A DNA stretch of 64,000 bases, from the NCBI GenBank assembly GCA_049325535.1, contig JBMOKY010000001.1, forward strand, positions 813,942 to 877,941. The letters run 5' to 3'. The position numbers and the translations under genes are program-made. This DNA comes from Patescibacteria group bacterium (lineage in GTDB: Bacteria; Patescibacteriota; Patescibacteriia; UBA10025; JAHIVO01). Each line of letters begins with the position of its first letter. Positions within the stretch are counted from its first letter, which is position 1. Shown here in pieces: positions 1 to 7,851 of this stretch. The notes below the pieces were generated by a model. The model saw only the letters and a list, made by a program, of their open reading frames with translations. It was not told the DNA's origin and did no database searches.

Positions 1-378
1 GCTGGTATTCGCCTCATACCCGCGCCGATCCCAGGGGAAACCCGGCGTGTCCGTGCTCCAGCTGCCGACGCTTCCTGCTTTGATCTGGAGCGCATCAGCG
101 GTGGTGGTAAAATCCAATTGGCCCGGCCAATACTCTCCCGCCTCCCATTGGGCCTGAGACGTGACCGTGTACTCTGCCGATTCGGCGTACAGCACGTATG
201 AATAAAACATAAATGACGCCACGCCCAGCACGATGATTGCCACAGCGGCAAAAACCGGATTGACCCGGGTAACACGAAAAAGCCGACGCAACCGCGTAAG
301 TTGATTGGGAACTTTTTTACTGCGGCGCCGGAAAAATGTAGTAGATAAAAAATCCAGGAGTCTGCGCTTTCCTTTCAT
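1..378 (-). CDS. N-terminal part of a secreted/membrane-anchored protein (runs off the window start)
   Basis: Not in the ORF track. ATG at 378 with GGAGG upstream; frame open to base 1: MKGKRRLLDFLSTTFFRRRSKK...FAAVAIIVLGVASFMFYSYVLYAESAEYTVTSQAQWEAGEYWPGQLDF (basic N-region, hydrophobic helix, then beta-rich sequence). Confidence 0.75.
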   Translation of the reverse strand, partial: MKGKRRLLDFLSTTFFRRRSKKVPNQLTRLRRLFRVTRVNPVFAAVAIIVLGVASFMFYSYVLYAESAEYTVTSQAQWEAGEYWPGQLDFTTTADALQIKAGSVGSWSTDTPGFPWDRRGYEANTS

Positions 379-639
379 GCGCCGCGTACCCCCTCCGAGA
401 TGCAATATTTTTTTAATCCAGCTTATTTTTTGTTTTTTCACAACACTATACCGTCAATATATCGCCCCCGCAGACACAAGGGCGATAATCCAGTCTTTAA
501 AAACGATGACTATTGAGCATTATTCGCTCAATTTTACTAATACTATTGTAACATATTTTTTACCATTTTGCAAGTACTCAATTACCATAACCTTTTTGCG
601 CAATTTAACTCTTCTATGGCATACTATGGATACTATCCC

Positions 640-1626
640 ATGAATAACATCACGAATAAAAAACTGGGGCGCGCGTTAGTGTATGGCGGATTATTTATTG
701 CTGGTGCCCTCACCGGCTGGATTTTTTTTCGGATGACCACTGACATCTCGTCCAATAGCTCAAACGGGGTGCGCCAGAGCGGCTATACATTCATCAGTCC
801 GCTGCTCGAATGTGACGTGGCAGATGGCCAGACTACCAAGCCGCTCCGTTCGCTGCAAAATGATCTCGAGGAATATTCTGATTCCGTCATCGCATCCTCG
901 AGTGTCGACCATATTTCCATATACCTACGGGATCTGAATAACGGCCCCTGGATCGGCGTGTATGAGGAAGAGGTATTTACCCCCGCCAGCCTCCTCAAAG
1001 TCCCGGTGATGATGACCTATTTCCGGGCGGCTGAAAGTGACCCGGATTTGTTAGACGAAAAACTCACCTACCAGCCCGAGACTCCCCCATCAGAAACGGC
1101 CACACTGAAATCCGGCGAATCATACAGCATCGACCAACTGATCAAATACATGATACGGGATTCCGATAATGACGCCTTCTCCCTGCTCGTGTCGCACATC
1201 GATAACGATCTGGTGAATAAAACGCTGATCGACCTGGGTCTGACCGTTCCTGACGCATCGACACCCGAAAATTATATCACCGTACGCTCATACGCCAGTC
1301 TGTTCCGTGTCCTCTACAATGCATCATACCTTTCGCGTGACATGTCCGAACGCGCGCTGGAACTGCTCAGCTCCACGAGCTATGATGACGGATTACGCGC
1401 CGGCATCGGAGATGAAGTGATTGTCGCCAGCAAATTTGGCATCCGCGGAAATCAGAACAATACCGATCGGCAGCTCCATGATTGTGGCATCGTATACTAT
1501 CCCGATCACCCGTATCTCATCTGCGTCATGACCCGCGGGTCGGAAATCGGAGAACTTGCCACGACCATAGCAAATATTTCCAAGCGTATATTCGATTTCC
1601 ATCAGGAAGCATACCCGGTCGAATAA
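640..1626 (+). CDS. Class A beta-lactamase-related serine hydrolase (PBP-like), N-terminal membrane anchor
   Basis: SxxK (ASLLK), SDN (DSDN), KTG-like (SKFG), HDCGIV; TM helix near N-terminus; ATG 640 preferred over the TTG at 568. Confidence 0.85.
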   Translation: MNNITNKKLGRALVYGGLFIAGALTGWIFFRMTTDISSNSSNGVRQSGYTFISPLLECDVADGQTTKPLRSLQNDLEEYSDSVIASSSVDHISIYLRDLNNGPWIGVYEEEVFTPASLLKVPVMMTYFRAAESDPDLLDEKLTYQPETPPSETATLKSGESYSIDQLIKYMIRDSDNDAFSLLVSHIDNDLVNKTLIDLGLTVPDASTPENYITVRSYASLFRVLYNASYLSRDMSERALELLSSTSYDDGLRAGIGDEVIVASKFGIRGNQNNTDRQLHDCGIVYYPDHPYLICVMTRGSEIGELATTIANISKRIFDFHQEAYPVE

Positions 1627-1692
1627 CCCGCACGATGAAAAAAATAAAAACCCCCGACGTGAGACGCACGGGGTATCTTTATATTATCTCGG

Positions 1693-2172
1693 CTAGGAAT
1701 ACATCACCCGCAGCGCGATGAAAAAAAATATCCCGGCATGCAGTCCGGCAAAGAGATCGTCAACCATCACCCCCCAGTGCGACTGCCACCGATCCGCCAT
1801 GCGGGCCAGCCCGAATTTCAGCGTGTCAAACAAGCGGAAGATAAGGAAGGCGAGACCGAAATGCCATAAACTTTTTTCGAAATAAAAAAGCGGGATCAGC
1901 GTGAGCAGCATGCCCACGAATTCATCGATAACAATCTTCTTATTGTCATGGGCAGACCCGCCCCGTGCCTGTAAATACTCGTCGGTGCTCGGCACGGCTG
2001 CCACACCGAGGAAAAAAATAACCGCTACAATCCCCAGATACCAGCCGATCGGCAGTTCTAAAAGCCACCACGCGGGAACCAGCACCACCAATGACCCCCA
2101 ACTGCCCGGCGCCCATGGCAAATACCCACTACCAAATCCAGTGGCGACGGTGCGGGCAATCAGTGTATGCAT
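1693..2172 (-). CDS. pgpA: Phosphatidylglycerophosphatase A
   Basis: GFGSGYLPWAPGSWGS, IVIDEFVG, FRLFD..K, GVMVDDLFAG. Confidence 0.92.
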   Translation of the reverse strand: MHTLIARTVATGFGSGYLPWAPGSWGSLVVLVPAWWLLELPIGWYLGIVAVIFFLGVAAVPSTDEYLQARGGSAHDNKKIVIDEFVGMLLTLIPLFYFEKSLWHFGLAFLIFRLFDTLKFGLARMADRWQSHWGVMVDDLFAGLHAGIFFFIALRVMYS

Positions 2173-2183
2173 ACCATTCTCGA

Positions 2184-2660
2184 TTACGTAGCAAAAAAGA
2201 GGGAAAAGACTAATTCATCTGTACCACGGCGGAAATGATTGCGCAAGATTGCCTCCTGGTGCATGCCTTTATTCAGAAAAAAATCCTTGATTTCCAGATT
2301 ATCCGCATGAATCATGGAAAAAATCTTGCGTAATTTCAACCCATGTCGTTTATAATAGTAGTCCGATTCCGCAATCACCTGATCAAACAGCATCTCTTTT
2401 ACAAAAGAGCGGTCTGGGGCATCGGGAGAAACGACGATGCGCGTCAGCTCGACGACCCCGTGCCGCAATGTCCCCTGCGGCCGCCAACTAATCAGCCCTA
2501 CCAAGCGGCCACCGTCCTCAGCGATACGATAATGCTGATAGGTACATTCCTGATCATAGACATGTTCAGCTTCGGCCGGTGAAGAAAAGCTATATCGCTG
2601 ATGCAGCATATTTGAAACCAGCGGGCCATCAGCACAGGTGGCGGGACGGATAGAAATCAT
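2184..2660 (-). CDS. GNAT-family N-acetyltransferase
   Basis: IRPAT..D start; ELTRIVV; IHADN...FF...G...EA.LRNHF. Confidence 0.75.
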   Translation of the reverse strand: MISIRPATCADGPLVSNMLHQRYSFSSPAEAEHVYDQECTYQHYRIAEDGGRLVGLISWRPQGTLRHGVVELTRIVVSPDAPDRSFVKEMLFDQVIAESDYYYKRHGLKLRKIFSMIHADNLEIKDFFLNKGMHQEAILRNHFRRGTDELVFSLFFAT

Positions 2661-2757
2661 ATGATAATTATTTTTTATTTTCTAAGTGTAGGTCGTAGTA
2701 TAGCAGATACCAAAAAACCAAACAACGCCAAACGTGTGCATAAGTCGGTCCGCAAAA

Positions 2758-3144
2758 CTATAAATCCATCCCCTCTTCTGCAGGCGAGGATTGGTTTGGT
2801 TTGAATCGGGCGTATATCCGGCGATACAGGTACACGAGACCGCAGGCGACCAGGTAATTGATGCCCAATGGAACCACTATCTCCAATATGAAATATCCCA
2901 CTGACTGATACCACGTAAAATCGGAAAAGCCGCTAAAAAAATTTTCCGACCCCAGTACCACCGCGATCGCCCCAAACAGTAATACGGCAAAGGGCAATGG
3001 AGAGATCCTCCACCCGTCTTCAAAAACAGGCCCAATCGCGCCGGCCTCACCAGCCGGCACCTGCTGCACGACGTACCCGATATAGAGCGGGAGTATCAAG
3101 GCGACGATAATCTTTGGCCAGGTAAGTCGAAAAAAATCTTTCAT
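2758..3144 (-). CDS. Hypothetical membrane protein (about 3 TM)
   Basis: Hydrophobic segments; TACACT -10-like box 6 nt before ATG 3144. Confidence 0.65.
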   Translation of the reverse strand: MKDFFRLTWPKIIVALILPLYIGYVVQQVPAGEAGAIGPVFEDGWRISPLPFAVLLFGAIAVVLGSENFFSGFSDFTWYQSVGYFILEIVVPLGINYLVACGLVYLYRRIYARFKPNQSSPAEEGMDL

Positions 3145-3208
3145 GACCATAGTGTAGCATTATTTATCGACGGGCTCAAATATGAATACGATACGCCCCC
3201 TCCGCTGC

Positions 3209-4309
3209 CTACAATCGTCCGCGCTTGATCGCTCCACGCACACGTCGCATCAATTCCAGGTAGAAACTGACATTTTGTAGTGTCGCCAACCGCAGCGCCA
3301 ACGGATCACCAATGGTGAAGAGATGCCTGAGATATGCCCGGGTATACCGGCGGGACGTAATCGCGCTGCTCTGGACATCGATCGGGTGGGTATCCGCCGC
3401 AAATCGCGCTCGTGAAATATGGATCGTGTCATAAAACCTGCCCCGTAGATCAGCGGTACGCCACACATAGATCAGCCCATGACGCGCATTACGCGTGGGA
3501 ATGACGCAATCAAACATGTCGACGCCCCGTCTCACTGCCTCTACTATTTGTTCCGGCTTTCCCACGCCCATCAAGTAGTGTGGCCGTGAATCAGGCAAGT
3601 GCGGTATCGTCACTTCGAGCATAGCATACAGCTGCTCCGCCGGTTCTCCGACCGCCAGACCACCGATGGCAAAACCGTCAAACGGCATACGCGCCAGAGT
3701 CTGGGCATGCGCCGAGCGCAACTCAGGAAACGTAGCACCCTGCACGATACCGAATACCATCTGGTCGGCTATGCGTCGTTTCTTTTTATGAGCGAGCGCA
3801 CGGAGCGCCCACCGGGTCGTCAATTCCATAGAGGTACGAGCATATCCCAGCGTAGTCGGATACGGTGGGCACTCGTCCAGTACCATCATGATGTCTGACC
3901 CGATCGCGCGCTGGATATCGATGGCCTGCTCCGGCGATAAAAAAAGCGAGCGGCCATCTATCTCCGAACTGAAATGCACCCCTTGCTCGGAAATCGTCCG
4001 CCGTTTGCTCAGCGAAAAGACCTGATACCCGCCGGAGTCAGTCAAGATCGGACCGCGCCAGCGCATGTACTGATGCAAGCCTTTGTACTTCCGCAACACT
4101 CCCAGCCCCGGCCGCTGCCACAGATGATAAGTGTTTGCCAGGATGATGTCGGCGTTCAACGAAGTGATATCCTCCGCGCTCAATGTTTTTACCACCCCGC
4201 GGGTAGCGATCGGCATGAATGCTGGCGTGCTGATCATGCCATGCGCTGTGCGCAGCGCACCGACACGAGCCCGGCTCTTCTTGCTCTTTTTGAGTATGCG
4301 AAATGCCAT
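3209..4309 (-). CDS. tgt: tRNA-guanine transglycosylase (Zn-site ligands absent)
   Basis: TPAFMP, LANTYHL, LTDSGGYQVFSL, LDEC, GIVQG, GGLAVGE, YLMGVG, DMFDCVIPTRNARHG; start at MAFRILKK. Confidence 0.97.
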   Translation of the reverse strand: MAFRILKKSKKSRARVGALRTAHGMISTPAFMPIATRGVVKTLSAEDITSLNADIILANTYHLWQRPGLGVLRKYKGLHQYMRWRGPILTDSGGYQVFSLSKRRTISEQGVHFSSEIDGRSLFLSPEQAIDIQRAIGSDIMMVLDECPPYPTTLGYARTSMELTTRWALRALAHKKKRRIADQMVFGIVQGATFPELRSAHAQTLARMPFDGFAIGGLAVGEPAEQLYAMLEVTIPHLPDSRPHYLMGVGKPEQIVEAVRRGVDMFDCVIPTRNARHGLIYVWRTADLRGRFYDTIHISRARFAADTHPIDVQSSAITSRRYTRAYLRHLFTIGDPLALRLATLQNVSFYLELMRRVRGAIKRGRL

Positions 4310-4360
4310 AAGAAGAATTAGACAGCGAGGGGTAAATTGAGTACAGTACCAGTATACACT

Positions 4361-4987
4361 ATGCGTGCCCATGAATTAAATAGCGTTCTGCTCGATCGCC
4401 TCAATCACACCAAAGACCGAGTGCTCCAAGGATCAGCCGCTTGGATGCCACACTGGCTGACGCCCAATATGATTTCGTGCCTGCGGGTACTTCTGGTGAT
4501 TCCACTGATACTTCTCTACCGAAACGGTCAGGTGGCTGCCGCCGCCATCATCTTTGCAGTCGCCCTGTATACTGACGCTCTGGATGGCGTCCAGGCGCGC
4601 CGGCTCAGGCAGGAAACGACGATCGGCAAATTACTCGATCCTGCGGCTGATAAGGTATTGATTATATCACTCTTTTTCACCGTGGCGGTCGGGCGAATCT
4701 CATCGGCCGTCATCACTACCCTCGTTGCCCTCGAAATAACCCTAGTGCTGCTGGCAGCAGTGATCGGCCCGCTGATCCGGCGCTTTACCCGCATACAGCC
4801 GCGGCTGGGTGCCAACAACGCGGGAAAAATAAAAATGACCCTGGAAAGCATCGGGGTTGGTATCCTCATCTTCGCACCATCAGGTGTCGCTGTTGATACA
4901 GCCGCGGAAATCATCCTTTGGATCGCTGCGGTATTCGCGGCGCTGAGCATAGCCTTGCATCTTTTTCTCCGTGAACGCCGGGCATAA
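4361..4987 (+). CDS. pgsA: CDP-alcohol phosphatidyltransferase (PgsA-like)
   Basis: TPNMIS..R; D..DG..AR......G..LDP.ADK signature; GKIKM. Confidence 0.85.
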   Translation: MRAHELNSVLLDRLNHTKDRVLQGSAAWMPHWLTPNMISCLRVLLVIPLILLYRNGQVAAAAIIFAVALYTDALDGVQARRLRQETTIGKLLDPAADKVLIISLFFTVAVGRISSAVITTLVALEITLVLLAAVIGPLIRRFTRIQPRLGANNAGKIKMTLESIGVGILIFAPSGVAVDTAAEIILWIAAVFAALSIALHLFLRERRA

Positions 4988-4995
4988 GATGATCA

Positions 4996-7080
4996 CTAGC
5001 CACCATTCACATTGCCATTGGTGGCTGTATTTGTATTGGTAAGCACGGGGGCTGGCTGAACTTTTCCCGACCCCCGCTCGACCGGATCGGTGGTCAGCGC
5101 AGTCGTCAGCGTCTTGGCGGTTTGAGTTATGGACACGCCGGTGAAGGTGTCGGTCGCCTGGGCTGTCGTCATGCCGAGTAGTGTCACCACGTCCCCTACC
5201 TGCACCACCTGCGGAGTGATGCTGACATCGACGTATGCCTGCAGCTCCGGAATGAGCTGACCCGCGTTCTGTGGTATCCGATTGATTGTCCATTGGATTA
5301 ATCGGGTACTGGCATCGTAGCTCACATCACCGGCCGTCACCCCGCTGACGCCCGTCCAGTCGACGCCCGTTGGCAGCACCGCGGAAACAACCACATCCGT
5401 TACTTCATTTGTCGAATTATGCAGATACCAGTACAGCCGATATGTGGTGGTCGCGCCGACGCGGGGCGGTACCGGTCCGCTGCCAACAGGAATACTTTGA
5501 TCATCATAATACCGGGATTCAGCACGCAGCTTCAGGTCGGTGGTTATCTTGGTCACTAGTGGATCGGTCGAGACCACTAGATCGGTGCCATCCAGGTCCA
5601 CTACCCCGGATGACCGGGCAGTGGCGGTCGCGGAAATGGTCAATTCCCCATCATCAGCACCGGACGCACTATATGTAGCCACGACCGGTATGCTGAAGGA
5701 AATCTCCGCCTGTTCATTGGGCCGCAGCGATGTGAGCGTCGGCACCGTGGACGCGTCCCAGCGGATAGTGGTCCCCTCGGTAGTGCCTTTGTACGGATTT
5801 ACCAGTCCCGACCAATCCACGGCATTCGTCGTTAGTTCAACCCGTACCGCTATATCGTTGATCACGGCGTCGCTCCCATTTTCCAGCGTGACCGCATAGG
5901 TAATCAGATCTCCAAATTCAGCAGGCGCTCCGGACGTGCTGTCATTTTGTTTGAGGGTAATGAGGAGCTGCGGATTCACGACAAACAGCAGGGCGGTTTG
6001 CTCGGCTTGGGATAGGTAGGTACCTCCAGCATCGGTATACCCAACCTCGGCTTTCAATTCGCTGCTCGTGCCCTGCGCAGCGGTAATGGTGCCGTTCCAC
6101 GTCACGGAAAACGTCTCGCCACCCTCAAGCGAATCAATGCTCCAGATGAATGACCCGGTCGATGTCGCCTCCGGCTTAAAATTGTCCGCCTGCATCTCGG
6201 CAGGGACTGTCAGCGTCAGTCTCACCTGCTCGATCGTCTCGTCTGAGGTATTTTCCAATGTGAGTGCGTACTGGTCAGCCCGACCGCTGATGCTCTTCGG
6301 CGGCGCCTCCAGCGTCAGCGATAAAACCGACCCGCCGATAGTCAGTGACAGCGAACCGTGGGTCTGGAATACTGAATTAAAATTTGCCGGACGATAACCC
6401 AATATAGTAGGTACGGCCAGTTCAGTTCCCGTTTCACCAAAAAAGGTTCCGGTAATACTCACTAATTTTCGCTTGCCAGGATTGATGGTACCCACGTTCC
6501 ACGCATTGTGGGCATCATTCTCCGCCGACGGTACCGAGCTTCGAAATTGAAATGTACTGGGCAGCTGAAGAGTCATCTCAACATTGTGCACCGCTACGGC
6601 TTCGCCGTTTGTTATTGCGATGACAAACGTCGACTCCTTGCCCGAAGTCACTACCGTCGCCCCATCAATCGAAGCGGAGACCTGCTCATTGGCAAATTCC
6701 TGTTCCTGATTGACAAAGAAGAAAAATCCGCCTACTGCGGCACCCGCGATAATCATAAGTCCGACCAAAACCCAGACGATTATTTTCTTACGGCGATTCG
6801 GATCCGTCCGTTCAAAATGCGTCGCTGAGCTAGCTCCACTCGCTCGCTGGTACAGATCGGAAAAGCGTTTCTTCGCCTCGATGGCTATGCGACGATTCGA
6901 TTTCGGAGTCTCGGCTTCCTCTTCTGCGGCTACGGGAATATGCGTATGGACATCCTGTTGAGGCGGCGTCGTCTCTGCGGCCAGCGCCGCCATCTCATCC
7001 TCAGAAAAAACCTCAACGTCGTCATCGGATGATCGAGGCCGTGGCATATCTGCGTGCATGTCCTTTTGTTTCGCTATCAT
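4996..7080 (-). CDS. Large single-TM protein with tandem Ig-like (DUF11-type) extracellular domains
   Basis: Acidic cytoplasmic N-terminus, TM helix, repeated ITY.(V/I).L.N...W...L beta-sandwich units, GSGPVPPRVGATTTY. Confidence 0.7.
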   Translation of the reverse strand: MIAKQKDMHADMPRPRSSDDDVEVFSEDEMAALAAETTPPQQDVHTHIPVAAEEEAETPKSNRRIAIEAKKRFSDLYQRASGASSATHFERTDPNRRKKIIVWVLVGLMIIAGAAVGGFFFFVNQEQEFANEQVSASIDGATVVTSGKESTFVIAITNGEAVAVHNVEMTLQLPSTFQFRSSVPSAENDAHNAWNVGTINPGKRKLVSITGTFFGETGTELAVPTILGYRPANFNSVFQTHGSLSLTIGGSVLSLTLEAPPKSISGRADQYALTLENTSDETIEQVRLTLTVPAEMQADNFKPEATSTGSFIWSIDSLEGGETFSVTWNGTITAAQGTSSELKAEVGYTDAGGTYLSQAEQTALLFVVNPQLLITLKQNDSTSGAPAEFGDLITYAVTLENGSDAVINDIAVRVELTTNAVDWSGLVNPYKGTTEGTTIRWDASTVPTLTSLRPNEQAEISFSIPVVATYSASGADDGELTISATATARSSGVVDLDGTDLVVSTDPLVTKITTDLKLRAESRYYDDQSIPVGSGPVPPRVGATTTYRLYWYLHNSTNEVTDVVVSAVLPTGVDWTGVSGVTAGDVSYDASTRLIQWTINRIPQNAGQLIPELQAYVDVSITPQVVQVGDVVTLLGMTTAQATDTFTGVSITQTAKTLTTALTTDPVERGSGKVQPAPVLTNTNTATNGNVNGG

Positions 7081-7098
7081 GATTATAGTATACCAAAA

Positions 7099-7848
7099 TT
7101 ATGCACTCTCGAAAAATGGACGAAATGACAGGTCGGTTTCGGCAATTGCATTGATAAAAAGTGTGGTTATCCGCTCACATTCCTGCGCTACCGCGCTGGG
7201 CATAGTCAAGAGCATTACCCGCTCAATCGGTTGGTGCACCAACTCCCGCAAGAGTTTGACCGTATTTGCCCCGATCGGTACCACATCGATGGCACTGCTG
7301 CATCGAGCATGCGCTACCCCGCCGCGTTTCCAGGAAAATACCACCGCTGATGGAGCCAGCACCTGACGACAGATCACGCACCGATTCACCTCGGGCTGGT
7401 GTCCAACAGCAGAAACGAGCTGCCAGACGAAAAACCATCGGAGTAAAAATAATTGGGCTGGAGTAATTCCAGAAGTATCCAGCCGCTGTAACGCCTGCAG
7501 CACCAGTGCGTAGAGATGCCGATCACGCTGCCGGTCATGCAGCAGACGGTCCAGTAGGGTGGCAATATACCGGGCCAATGCCAAAGCGGCCGGTTCAGCG
7601 TGCAGCCGCCGCCAGGCATCCTGAACCGTGACGTCAGTCACCGTATCCAGACGCGCACCGCGGACGCACTGCACAGTCACCAGTTGAATTGGCTCTAGGC
7701 TTCCCGCCAGTTTACTGCTGATTTTTCGGGTGCCCCGCGCCAATACAGTAATTTTCCCGTATTCCTCGGTATACAGTGTAATAGTGCGATCAACCTCACG
7801 CAGATCATGATGCCGGATAATGATGCCGGTCATCTGATACGTACTCAT
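7099..7848 (-). CDS. recO: DNA repair protein RecO
   Basis: GIIIRHHDLREVDRTITLYTEEYGKI..ARG.RK..SKL; CVIC...HARC Zn motif. Confidence 0.93.
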   Translation of the reverse strand: MSTYQMTGIIIRHHDLREVDRTITLYTEEYGKITVLARGTRKISSKLAGSLEPIQLVTVQCVRGARLDTVTDVTVQDAWRRLHAEPAALALARYIATLLDRLLHDRQRDRHLYALVLQALQRLDTSGITPAQLFLLRWFFVWQLVSAVGHQPEVNRCVICRQVLAPSAVVFSWKRGGVAHARCSSAIDVVPIGANTVKLLRELVHQPIERVMLLTMPSAVAQECERITTLFINAIAETDLSFRPFFESA

Positions 7849-7851
7849 AGA

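Noticed and set aside
395-412. Shared TTGCATCTC word upstream of the 378 gene and in the 52256 leader
   Set aside because: A 9-bp match can arise by chance in 64 kb, and the contexts differ
640-1626. Bona fide antibiotic-resistance beta-lactamase
   Set aside because: Membrane-anchored, KTG reads KFG, and no recognisable omega-loop ExxLN; more likely a PBP-like hydrolase
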